A program made the position numbers and the translations under genes. A stretch of DNA of 44,788 bases from Octopus bimaculoides. Its lineage: Eukaryota. This document shows positions 1 to 12,323 of this stretch, piece by piece (position 1 is the stretch's first letter; each line of letters starts with the position of its first letter). A model generated the notes under the pieces. That model ran no database searches, was not told where the DNA came from, and saw only the letters and a program-made list of their open reading frames with translations. The stretch covers positions 91,598,440 through 91,643,227 of the forward strand of contig NC_068981.1 of assembly GCF_001194135.2 (NCBI RefSeq), read 5' to 3'.

Positions 1-107
1 TATATATATCAAAATAAGCAACAAGGATATCCAGACAATAAATTCTATTTTGCTACCCAAATTGAACAAAGAAATATACGTTTATGCATGTGTATGTGTG
101 TGTGTGC

Positions 108-153
<46 letters not shown>

Positions 154-1715
154 TTGAATGTAACCTAACATACTAGACTCCGTTTTTAAGATTTACTCCA
201 CATTCTCAAGAGTGAAAAACAGAGGAATAATATAAACCCTGTCTCCCATATTATTAACAAGTGTAGAACATATGAATGAGAACAGAAACTTACACAAACA
301 TAAGTTAATCAATACTTTTGGCCGACAGAAGTATATATATCAATTGTCTTTCCCTAGATCTCTTCCGATTTTTTTAAATATGCATCCAGCTAACAAAAAA
401 TATTCAGCAGTAGACATCACTTTGAACATATCGAATGGGACAGATAGATTTTAAACAGTGATATTCAGTCTCTCTCTCTTTGATGGGTACATGTTCGGCT
501 ACTGGAAAGCTGGACTTATTAGACACTCGAGATACCATATCACTCAAAAGTAAACACTGTCCTACATACGCCTTTTGCTTTCGGTCTCTTCATGTTAGTG
601 CAGCTGTGTGTGTTAGTGACACTATCTAAATCGCATTAAAAGAAAGTCTAGCATATATTCTCTCAACACTGGGATGATGCAAAGTTCGGCATTGTACTCT
701 ACCATCTGTGCATTATTTATGCATATCAAACCACTCTTCTATCTTATCTAATCTTTCACATGGCAGCGTCATACACATATCTTTTACTGACACTTGTATC
801 TGCCTTTAATGAACAAAGATCTAAAACAAAAAATGAATTGTTCAGCACGAATATTTCAGTCTCGCCTCCTTTAATAACATAATCATTATAGATATTAAGT
901 AAATAGTATTTTACCTACTCTCTAGCCATAGATAACATGTAACAACATGTGAGTTTACTTGTGAGCTACTCTCTTTCTCTCTCTGTTCTAGCCTCACTAA
1001 ACATACATTACCACGACTAATTCACAAGTAGAGTTTCAAGTATAAAAGACAATTCCGTTAAAATACGAAATCATAAATACAAATTACGGATGAATATTCA
1101 TCAGTTATTTCCTGAAATAATTATTTTCTGAAGAGAGTATTCAAAAGAAAAGTCTTGAACTACAGCTTTACGATCAGATTCAATTTCATACATTTGGAAA
1201 TTTGTCTGTGTTACATATTTTTGTTGTTTTAAATTGTGCTTGATCGTTAATATATTATCACCCGCAATTATATGTAGCATATATATTTTATTATCTATTA
1301 TGCCAGTTGCATATAAGAGAGTGTAAGACAAATATCACTAAACAAATATAATTTTTAAATGTAAAACGGCAGACGTTAATTTTGAATTTCAAACTTAAGT
1401 CTAAAAGTTGGTGTAAGTCAAATTGAATTTGCATAATGAAATCTTGGAAACAAAAGCGAATTCTTTTCGTTTAATTTCATTGATTAATGGTTAGTAATTC
1501 TTCAAATTTATTGCAAATACCGCTAACGGTCTTTTAATGTGAAAACAAAACAAACAATGAAAAATTCGCGTGTAAAAGAAGATAGACGTAAATTTAGCAT
1601 TTTAAATAAATCCAGATAACTATAATTTATGTCTTAGAATAGAAACATTTTCCTGGTGGGGTTTGCTTTTTTACAGTAGGAAATCTTTTAGTTTTTTAAA
1701 CTATTTTATTTTTAT

Positions 1716-1815
1716 GAGCGCAAGCATGACAGTGTGGTTGCGTGTTCAGTTCCACTTCGCGGCACCTTAGGCAAAGGTTTTCCATTATAGCCCGGGACGA
1801 CTGATGTTTTGTTAA
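1716..1815 (+). mobile_element. Degenerate 5' fragment of SINE family B
   Basis: gtgttcagttccacttcgcggcaccttaggcaaaggttttccattatagcccggg aligns with the family B head (ggttcagtcccactgcgtggtaccttgggcaagtgtcttctactatagcctcggg) of the copy at 34376-34777. Confidence 0.5.
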
Positions 1816-1879
1816 TGAAATACATGTAGTGATACAAGCACAATCAGATGAAATGCAACGCAGGGAGAGTGAGGAGGAA

Positions 1880-2110
1880 TTATAATCATTTGTAGTAGAT
1901 CCTAATCAAAATTAGGCAGGACTGGATTAGGAGACGTATTCTAATATGTTTAAAAGCTGTTGTAGTCTGGGAAGGCTGACAGATTTTAGATCTGTTGTCG
2001 TAGAAGATAGCCCTCCATCTCATTTGTGCAATGAATTCATTTGCGTTCGGTAGTTGTAATTCCATGTAAAAATCTCATTATATATCCTTAGTAGAAATGC
2101 CTAAAAATTG
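1880..2110 (-). mobile_element. Penelope-like element (PLE) N-terminal ORF relic
   Basis: Manual minus-strand translation gives ISTKDI..FYMELQLPNANEFIAQMRWRAIFYDN and, after a frameshift, YNSF*T..SPNPVLPNFD*DLLQMI. This resembles the YSxKNIP..FIKRMRWKAxFF..YGFK..P..FExDL..MI N-terminus I recall from GIY-YIG PLEs (Naiad/Poseidon-like). Stops are present. Confidence 0.5.
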
Positions 2111-2436
2111 TTTATGGATATAAAATGTAATCTACGAGAAGCGTTCAGCTGAGCAGAGGGTATGTAGAAAATAAGTGAGAGCTAGATATACTCAGTACAG
2201 AAATATCATAGTAGAGCTCAAATGAAGTGCGCCCTAACTCAAAATTCTTCATCTACAATAAGGTCCACGGGGTAAAGCGTGGCTCTGAGAGGAATTCAGA
2301 TGGGCTGATATGGAGTTACTGATACAGATAAAGAGAATCAGGCTTAACATAAGCTTATGCATATACACATAGATATACAGGTACACAGATATACATAGAT
2401 ACATATGAAAACGTATATTCATAAAAATAAAGACAA

Positions 2437-2485
<49 letters not shown>

Positions 2486-3380
2486 NNNNNNNNNNNNNNN
2501 NNNNNNNNNNNNNNNNNNNNNNNNNNNNNNNNNNNNNNNNNNNNNNNNNNNNNNNNNNNNNNNNNNNNNNNNNNNNNNNNNNNNNNNNNNNNNNNNNNNN
2601 NNNNNNNNNNNNNNNNNNNNNNNNNNNNNNNNNNNNNNNNNNNNNNNNNNNNNNNNNNNNNNNNNNNNNNNNNNNNNNNNNNNNNNNNNNNNNNNNNNNN
2701 NNNNNNNNNNNNNNNNNNNNNNNNNNNNNNNNNNNNNNNNNNNNNNNNNNNNNNNNNNNNNNNNNNNNNNNNNNNNNNNNNNNNNNNNNNNNNNNNNNNN
2801 NNNNNNNNNNNNNNNNNNNNNNNNNNNNNNNNNNNNNNNNNNNNNNNNNNNNNNNNNNNNNNNNNNNNNNNNNNNNNNNNNNNNNNNNNNNNNNNNNNNN
2901 NNNNNNNNNNNNNNNNNNNNNNNNNNNNNNNNNNNNNNNNNNNNNNNNNNNNNNNNNNNNNNNNNNNNNNNNNNNNNNNNNNNNNNNNNNNNNNNNNNNN
3001 NNNNNNNNNNNNNNNNNNNNNNNNNNNNNNNNNNNNNNNNNNNNNNNNNNNNNNNNNNNNNNNNNNNNNNNNNNNNNNNNNNNNNNNNNNNNNNNNNNNN
3101 NNNNNNNNNNNNNNNNNNNNNNNNNNNNNNNNNNNNNNNNNNNNNNNNNNNNNNNNNNNNNNNNNNNNNNNNNNNNNNNNNNNNNNNNNNNNNNNNNNNN
3201 NNNNNNNNNNNNNNNNNNNNNNNNNNNNNNNNNNNNNNNNNNNNNNNNNNNNNNNNNNNNNNNNNNNNNNNNNNNNNNNNNNNNNNNNNNNNNNNNNNNN
3301 NNNNNNNNNNNNNNNNNNNNNNNNNNNNNNNNNNNNNNNNNNNNNNNNNNNNNNNNNNNNNNNNNNNNNNNNNNNNNNNN

Positions 3381-3720
3381 CATACACATAATTTTTCTCG
3401 TCTGGCCGTAAAGCCTTTTCTGTTTGTTTTCCTGTCTTGTTTTTTGTCCGCCACTACATTCCTCCATGGCTAGATTTAATTTGCGTATACAGATTTAATC
3501 TGCGATCCATGGGACGAGCCGTTTTAACGTTGCGTCCTGCCCGAAGCTCGTCGAAACGCCGGTGTTAAAACGTGGGTAGCTGATGAAGTAGAATGTTCTC
3601 TATGTGGCTCGTGTGTTCTCGTCTACGTTTGTTTGCAATGTCCTGTACCCAGATATGCACCTATACATACAGGTGGATGTCGGTATGCACATACCTGTAC
3701 GTATATATGCATATACTCAT
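3381..3720. repeat. Probable transposon terminal/UTR region with a compact structured segment (3511-3590)
   Basis: CpG-rich island in AT-rich DNA next to a gap, with two interleaved helices (3513-3519/3546-3552 and 3520-3528/3564-3572). It decays into TA/CA low-complexity sequence. Family not identified. Confidence 0.4.
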
Positions 3721-4523
3721 TTACTTTTGTATATATATATATAGATATATATTTGTATACGTGCCTGTATACATATATATGTGTGTATGTGTTTATGTGC
3801 GCGCGTGGGTGTATATATATATTTGTGTGTACTTGTGTATGTGCACTACGTGTGAGAACTAAATGTGATGTACGCGCACATATGTATACACATATAAACA
3901 CGTACACACACACAAAAATGCTTAGGACCTTACACATACACGTAGAGAAACACAAACACACATATACATTCATTCATTCACGTACATTCATACACACACA
4001 AAACAGCTGTATGTTTCTGACCATATTGGTACGTAGACTTGCTAGCAGGTCATATAACTTTGTCATTTATTTGGCTTTACAGAAGTATTTCATACCAAAC
4101 TGGTCGCACCAAAAACTTCCATTTCTTAATTCTCCTTCTTCCCACATTTTTCTGTGTGTATGTATATATGCATGAATAATTTTGAACGAAAACATGTATA
4201 TGGGTTTGTTTTTCTCTGCGTGCATGTATACTCTTGTGTGTGTGTGTACGTGTTTATGTGTGTACGTCTCTCTCTCTCTCTATATATATGTGTTATATAT
4301 ATGGGTATATTCATACGTGCATGTGGGGGGGGGTGTTAGTCTTTGTATGTATGTCTGCGTGTATGTTTGTAATCAAACACTCCCTATTTAAACAGTGAAT
4401 AATAAACTCTAAGGTATCAGCTTGAAAACCGCTTTCAAGCGAGTAACTCATAACAGAGTCACATTTTGTAAACTTCTAATTATTAAAGTGGAAAAATTTT
4501 CAGAAAAACTATTTCCATTTTTT

Positions 4524-4661
<138 letters not shown>

Positions 4662-5178
4662 GACAGATTTAAATATATACAGACAGATTTAAGCAATTAC
4701 GTATAGATACATATACTTGCATCCATACATTACAGCTGCTGTCTATTTTAGTTCATTTTATGCACTGTGAATACATGAAACAGATTCTCTCAGGAGAAAA
4801 GAAATAGAAACAGCATCTTAATGTTCATACACAATAGTTGGTAACGACGTCCAATGTTTATAGGATAATGTTATAAATTTCAAATATCTATAAATATCAT
4901 TTGTAACCGATTTCTCTTTTATTTAATATCAAAGAGTGCGCATCACCTATATATGTTGTCATTTGTGCCCATGTACGTTTGGGAGACGGAAAAATGTTAG
5001 AGAGTCTGGTAAGAAGAGCTGCAAAAATAGTCGTGAATGGAATGGAAGATTTTGTAAAATCAGTTGTTGATGGTGAATATGATGAAATTAAGTTATATCG
5101 TTTTGAAAATATGAATAACTATTAAGCTATTAATTTGTCAGTCTCCAAATAGTAATCCATTTCGTTAGACAAAATGTC

Positions 5179-6412
5179 TAATTAGGTTAGAGAAAAGTTA
5201 AATTTTTGTTTTTTAATTTATTTCCATTCATTTTATTAATCCGCTCAAAGCGTTTACAATCACCGACACGATGAAACAGCTATTTTATAAATCCTATTCT
5301 TATTTATATGCATAATAGGATCTTCGTTACTAACATGGAAGTATCCAAAGAGCGTTTAAAGCGCAGCATGCTTTACGAGTACAAAAAAGGAAATTCTGCA
5401 GCCAAAACGACTCGAAACATACACTCAGTTTATGGGAAAGTATACTTGAATGAAACAACTTGCAGAAGATGGTTTGCAAAATTCAGAAGTGGCGATTTCA
5501 GTCTTGAAGATGAAGATCGAACAGGACGTCCAGCTGAGTTTGATGATAAGCTCCTTGAAGCATTACTTGAAGAAAATCCTACATTATCAGTTGAAGAATT
5601 GGCAATAAAGCTTAGTTCAAACCATACAACTGTCCATCGTCATCTTCAACAACTTGGAAAGGTTCCTAAACTTGGAAAATGGGTGCCTCATGAATTGTCC
5701 GAACGCAATCGCAAATTCCGAGTTTACATCTGCTCTTCTCACGAACTCATTTCACCCTTTTTGGACAGACTTGTGACTGGTAACGAAAAATGGATCTTCT
5801 ATCGAAATGTTGCACGTCGGAAACACTAACTTAGTCAAAGGGAAAAAAAAGCTCAACCACAACCGAGAAGGGGAATTCATGGGAGAAAGTTCTTCTCTCT
5901 ATCTGGTGGAATTGCAAAGGAGTAATTCCCTTTGAATTGTTACCACCTAATGCAACAATCGATGCTCAAGTCTACTGTCAGCAATTAGAGCGTTTGAACC
6001 AAACTTTGAAAAAAAAAAAAAACCCACTTTAGTGAATCGAAAAGGAGTGATGTTTCATCAGGACAATCACATCACAGAAGATCGAAGAGCTTGGTTGGGA
6101 AAAAATTCCTCATCCACCTTATTCTCCCGACCTTGCTACTTTAGACTACCATTTGTTTCGTAGTTTACAGAGTCATATGGGAGACATAACTTTCGTAAGC
6201 CAGGAGAAGGTCGAAACTGACATTTGAGAGTTCTACGCTTTTAAATCAAAAGAGTTTTACATTGATGGGATTAAAAAGCTTGTAAATAGATGGAAGGAAG
6301 TAGTAGATAATCAGGAAAGTACATTGATGATTAAATTTCAATAAAATATAACATTTGATCACTTGTTTTCTTTATTCAAAATTCGGAGAGAAATTATGGG
6401 ATGACCTTATAT
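5179..6412 (+). mobile_element. Mariner (Tc1/mariner, D,D34D) DNA transposon, near full length, dead
   Basis: About 1.23 kb span containing a transposase pseudogene. Right end ...aaattatgggatgaccttata is mariner-TIR-like; left end taattaggttagagaaaagtt is TIR-like but matches the right end poorly. Confidence 0.9.
5335..6334 (+). pseudogene. Mariner transposase pseudogene
   Basis: HTH region (TCRRWFAKFRSGDFSLEDEDRTGRP), WVPHEL, VTGNEKW (first catalytic D is N), premature TAA at 5827-5829 where W is expected. Later frames give FHQDN and HPPYSPDLATLDYHLFRSL. Frameshifts at poly-A runs. Confidence 0.93.
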
Positions 6413-6661
6413 ATACAAAACTGTACTACGAGTAGGATNNNNNNNNNNNNNNNNNNNNNNNNNNNNNNNNNNNNNNNNNNNNNNNNNNNNNNNNNNNNNN
6501 NNNNNNNNNNNNNNNNNNNNNNNNNNNNNNNNNNNNNNNNNNNNNNNNNATATATGTGCAGTCATGTAAAAAGCATCACTGAATATGTAAATATATTTGA
6601 ATGCCTAAACCTCGCACAAATTTACTTTATTGCATGCAATTTCTAATTACGTTCCTCTCTT

Positions 6662-6709
<48 letters not shown>

Positions 6710-6739
6710 TCTGAAATTTATAAAGATCATAACGATGTG

Positions 6740-7000
6740 GTATGCAATTCGCATGTTTGAGGGCGAAGGGCCCTGACAGAATCGTCACACTTAGCCACAC
6801 ACTACGGTCTCGTAGGGAAGCCATATACACTGCCAGATCACCGCCGTCCAGTCCTTGATGTTATCGATCCATCTTCGCCCTTGTCACACGCGAGGCCGAA
6901 TGTTGTCCACCCAGCCCTGGAGTATGTGGGCATTTTCTGAGCCCTAATAACAAGGACAGGATATTGCATATTTTCGCCGTTCGATTATCGTTACCAACTG
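6740..7000 (-). mobile_element. RTE-clade LINE, 3' ORF fragment
   Basis: Minus strand reads HILQGWVDNIRPRV*QGRRWIDNIKDWT, matching the RTE C-terminal ILQGxVEGxRxRGRxRxRWxDNIKxWT pattern; RRKMQY..VIRAQ occurs upstream in a shifted frame. Confidence 0.8.
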
Positions 7001-8135
7001 TCATTTCCTTCTCAAATATATGTGATATAAATTTTACGTTAAACATTCCCAAACGAATCAAAGTTAAGTGTATTTAATGTCTGATGTGAGTAGAAAATTA
7101 AAGCATGAAAAGAATCTTTGCAAATGAGAAAAGAAAAAACGAAAAATGTGTGGATTGAGGGAAGTGCAATACAAAATGAGATAGCTATGAAAAATGGAGT
7201 TCATAATATTTTTCCTTATATAAATATCGCTCTTTATACTATCTTCATATACAAGGGGTGTATTTTTATCTCTTTCTTTTTCTATTATCAATTTTCTGAC
7301 AATTAAATAAATAAATAAATGAATAAAATAAAAATACAGAAGTAGTAGCAAGGAGGTCTCATTGAATGAATAGCTTCTATGAAATTAAGTCATATAATAA
7401 TCGCAAAGCATTTAAATGGTTAGGAAGTGTGATGATAAAAATAATCATCGGTTTTTAATTTGCAAAAGAAATACAATTTATAGAAGTGACTCAGCGGAGT
7501 TAGAATGCAAAACAGAGGGGAGAAAATGGAAAAGATACAGGTTCTCAAAAACCTTCAGTAAACCTTCAGTAATAATGGTGAGAACAAATGTCCCTCTCAC
7601 AGTTTTCTTGACTCAAGCTGATTGTAGTAAAAATATGTGGTAGAGATATCACACATATTCAGACGGCATAAAAAGCATTATAAATGACTGAAATTTAGTA
7701 AATTCTGGTATCTTCTGCATGCATTGTGTGTACTGATAGAGCTCCCATACCGTTTAAATTGCCTGAGCATGAGGGAAATATTAACGCGACAGCAACTAGG
7801 TGAATGCACACAAGAGATTCATGGTTCTGTAGAGTTCTTCATGAAACGATGTTCCTGGTGGTAGTACCCTCGGCACATTTTCTGCGCAAAAAATAATATT
7901 ACTGTAAATGTGTTATAAAATTTGGCACGATATTTGTTAACAATGATTCATGTTGTCCCTTTCATTTTATTGCTAAGGGTTCCCTTACGAATAAGCTCCT
8001 ACCCCGAATGTTTATGAGAGAACCTTAGACTGGTCATCGTGACACCACTTATAATCTTTTCTAAACAGATTTGTCAAAACACTGATACTCATTAGTCATT
8101 TGTGCAAGAGATCAAGAAGTTCGAAAGATGTTGGA

Positions 8136-8191
8136 ATATCGTTATTGCATAGCAAAATTCTTAGCCTGACACCTACACTTCTAAACTTGGC

Positions 8192-8255
<64 letters not shown>

Positions 8256-8320
8256 CGTATATCGTCCAAGTTTAGAAGTGTGGGTGTCAGAGTAATAATT
8301 TTGCTACGTAATAACGATAT
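8136..8320. repeat. Fold-back: 55-bp inverted arms around a (CA)n(TA)n spacer
   Basis: 8136-8190 versus the reverse complement of 8266-8320: 49/55 identical by manual alignment. Confidence 0.9.
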
Positions 8321-11300
8321 ATACATATATATATATATCATATAGTGGCTGAAAAATGATTTCATCCACAGACATTAATCATTTATTGTAAAAATGTTTC
8401 GGAATTTCTTGCATTCAAACAAGGACATATATTCATACTCTAGATACACATTCACACTCCAGATACACACGCACACGCATACACACACACACATAAGTCC
8501 GTCGAATATGCTGTTTCCTTAAATGGTCAAAGTGAATGGGATACTCCTGCTTTTCATCTCGCATTAGTTATTTCAGGAATACACATTATAGTATTTCTAT
8601 TCAGGGTGTTGATATATCAATATCCTATCTAGTTGACTGATGTTTGCAAGCGTCTATTTATGCCCACACTTAGCTATTTCCGCAGATATTGTTGTAAAGG
8701 CTAAAATACATACACCAAAGAATGGTGTACCGCATTGCATTAGCAACTATTCCTCCAGTTGAATGAATGTTATGTAAGCTAAAAATATTATTTTGGATCC
8801 CTGACTTTAGTGCTCAGACTACTCTTCACTCTTCACTCACAATATTTCAGGGTAAAATACAGAATATTTTAATGCAATTTTTTCTTCCTTTATTTTGTTG
8901 CATTTCCAAAAATATTCTCTCCATTTCTGAAATTTTTCGATTTCGATTACCTCGAATCTCCCCCAAACTATTTCACTGAGGGTGACTACTCAGAAATGTA
9001 CTACTGCCATTTTAAACATTTTAAACAATGTTGCTTGATCATTAAAACTTTGTCTTCCATTCCGTTCAAACTCCATTTTATGTAGTTTCCTTCTCCAACT
9101 AACTACACCTTTCTTCTGCCTGGCTAGCATCATTGGGTCATTGTACTTTCAAGGTTCCCACCTTCGTTCTTAATTTTCTGAAGAAGGCCAAATGTTTCTT
9201 CCCCCTTATCACTCTTCATTCACTCTTTCATTTAATGTACTCTACCATCTGCTCTCTCTACCCAAAGAATAAACAGCACTTCATCTTTCACATTCAAGCA
9301 ATTAGGGCTGTAAGGCATATTCATTCATAATACATACATGCCTACATATGAGAGAAAGTGAAAATAGAATTCACGAGATTCTGTATTAATCACTACAATC
9401 ATTTTGACCGACCGTCCGTCGCGGGTGAGATTCTGTACACCTGGTCGTGGGACATCATTCTGTGACATGCGCCTCGTCAGGTGACTTTCCAAAGATAACT
9501 CTCTCATTAAACTTCCTTTCGTTTAGTTCGATTATTACACATTTCGTTATTTGTCTTGTAGCTGGTTGCAAACAGTAAAGATCATGCTTTAGAATGACAT
9601 GGAATGAAGTACAATTCTTTTTATAGGTAATAGACATACAAGGTGTATACCCGAAATTTAAATTAACTGCATACATACATACATACCTATACACGCATAC
9701 ATACGTATATATAGGTAATGTATACATGTATAATACATCCACGCATGCAAAGTGCCTCTGTAAGTAGTATTTAAATTACAGTGAAAGTGCTGATTTACTA
9801 GGCTAGAATCCAGGTCTTATTTTAATGAAGGGAAATTAAAAAAAGAAGAAAACATCGAAGAAAGATTATAAATACACAACATATTACAAATATTAGTGAC
9901 GAGTAACAGTGAGTAATGAGCAAATTTTATGGAATCTTTTAGATTCATCAGACTAAAAGTTTCGTAAATGGATGAATATTCATTTTAGTAATGCACGGAA
10001 ACTAAATAATCTTTTATATTCTTTGCTATTACTTCTTTAATAATCTATTTCCACCGCTTTCATCAAATATTACCAGTGTTGTATATATATATATAATTTT
10101 TCATTTGTATTAACATCGATACAAAGCAATGTTTCTCGAGAAAATGATTCAACATATTTCGAATATTTATATAATATACCTATATAATGTTATATAAAAT
10201 TAATTTAATGGAACGTTACTGTGGTTAATGAAGAACTTTTCCGATTCGTGTCTTTCTTTTCTGCCATGGAGTTTAATTCGATGTTAAAAATCCCATTCCA
10301 CGTTGCGATTGAAACTAAACAGAATAGAAAGTTGAAAATAAAAATATGAAAATGAACGACATAGATGTGTGTGTTGCTGTGTGTGCGTATGTGTGTGTGC
10401 ATGCGTGCATATGTGTGTGTGTGTGCATGTGTGTTTGTGTGTGTTTATTTATATGTACCTACATATATACTTATATGCATGTCTGTCTACTGTGTGTGTG
10501 GAGGAGACATGATAAAAATAAATTATACGTGCAATTTACAAAGAAGACATTTAGCGACGTACATTAATATAAAAAGATGTAATGTTTCTATTACAGAATG
10601 TTTGTTTCTAATTGGACCTCATTCAAAAGAAAATTCAATTTTCTGTATGTTTCAGTATGTTGATTCATTAAGAAATATTTTAGATTTGATTTGGAATGAT
10701 TTAAAACTTTATGCACATTTCAGCTAGATTTTCTTAGCTACTTTCCAGGCCAACATTAAGGCATATATACGTATTGATTTTCTCACTGGTAATGCCTTTC
10801 CCTATGTATAGGCTGCATTGCTTTTTTTTATCACTATAGGGATTTATATTCACATAGCCACACACGTGCGTGAAGAAGTATGCACATATAGAAGGCGAGA
10901 GAGAGAGACAGAGAGAGAGAGAGGGGGGAAGAGAGGGAGAGACAAGGGAAGAGAGGGAGGGAGTGATAGGGAGAAGAGAGGGATGGAAAAGAGAGGGGAA
11001 AGAAGGGAGAGAGATTGAGGCTATAATTAATAGAATCTGACTCTCTCCTCATACGCTAACAGAAATATACTCATAAACACACATGCACCCTCACTGACAT
11101 ACACATGTACACTCACACACAAATACATACAGAGAGAAACTGTGTGTGTGTGTGAGTGGAAGAGATACACTTTCCTTCTTGAAACACGCTCAACACCTAT
11201 CGCGTTTTATTATTTAAGCTTACGTCGAATCCTCGGCAGAGTTGCTTTGTATAAATATATGCAAATTATAAGATAATGAAAAAAAGACATATACAGTAAA

Positions 11301-11576
11301 GTATTGTTTCTTCTTCGCGGATTTTCCCCTATCACGGGTTTTTTTTTTTTTTTTGGAACATAACATCTGCGATAGTCGAGGGATTACTGTATATATATNN
11401 NNNNNNNNNNNNNNNNNNNNNNNNNNNNNNNNNNNNNNNNNNNNNNNNNNNNNNNNNNNNNNNNNNNNNNNNNNNNNNNNNNNNNNNNNNNNNNNNNNNN
11501 NNNNNNNNNNNNNNNNNNNNNNNNNNNNNNNNNNNNNNNNNNNNNNNNNNNNNNNNNNNNNNNNNNNNNNNNNNNN

Positions 11577-11737
11577 TATATGTATTTTTATATATTTATT
11601 TTATTATGTAAACTGTTTTTAATATTTTCTTATTATTATCAGAGAATGTATATATGTATTTTTATATATTTATTTTATTATGTAAACTGTTTTTAACATT
11701 TTCTTATTATTATCAGAGAATGTATATATGTATTTTA
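11577..11737. repeat. 74-bp tandem repeat (2 copies plus a partial copy) at a gap edge
   Basis: 11577-11650 and 11651-11724 differ at one base (aatatt/aacatt); a third copy begins at 11725. Confidence 0.9.
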
Positions 11738-12069
11738 ATACTTTTGTGACAACCTGTACTTAACACTACAACGCTTATATAAAGCTTTATATTTTACTTT
11801 TGACAATATTTTTCTAAAAAAAGTGAAACTGGTAAAATGAATAAACATCTTTAAAATTGCATTTTAAAAACCTTCTTTCATATATATATACGTATATATA
11901 TATATATATATATATACGTGTGTGTCTATGTGTGTGTGTAAGTATGTTGTAAATGATAATAACATTTTAGAAGGTTAAAGCTTTTAAGCAATCATCATGT
12001 AAGCTTATAAAGTATTATTGCAGAGAGAGAGATAAATACATACATACATACATACATACATACGTACAT

Positions 12070-12126
<57 letters not shown>

Positions 12127-12323
12127 NNNNNNNNNNNNNNNNNNNNNNNNNNNNNNNNNNNNNNNNNNNNNNNNNNNNNNNNNNNNNNNNNNNNNNNNNN
12201 NNNNNNNNNNNNNNNNNNNNNNNNNNNNNNNNNNNNNNNNNNNNNNNNNNNNNNNNNNNNNNNNNNNNNNNNNNNNNNNNNNNNNNNNNNNNNNNNNNNN
12301 NNNNNNNNNNNNNNNNNNNNNNN

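Noticed and set aside
2249-3467. Long ORFs of 300-400 aa in the track (also 11353-12348, 19038-20148, 25096-25667)
   Set aside because: They are open only because they cross N gaps and dinucleotide repeats.
8990-9320. Possible very old RTE 3' relic on the minus strand
   Set aside because: Only faint NEE/EG..R-like words and no continuous motif; cannot be supported.
9400-9500. GC-rich patch with CTGACGAG on the minus strand (hammerhead core?) and splice-like GT sites
   Set aside because: No GAAA or stems in the right places and no recognisable peptide.
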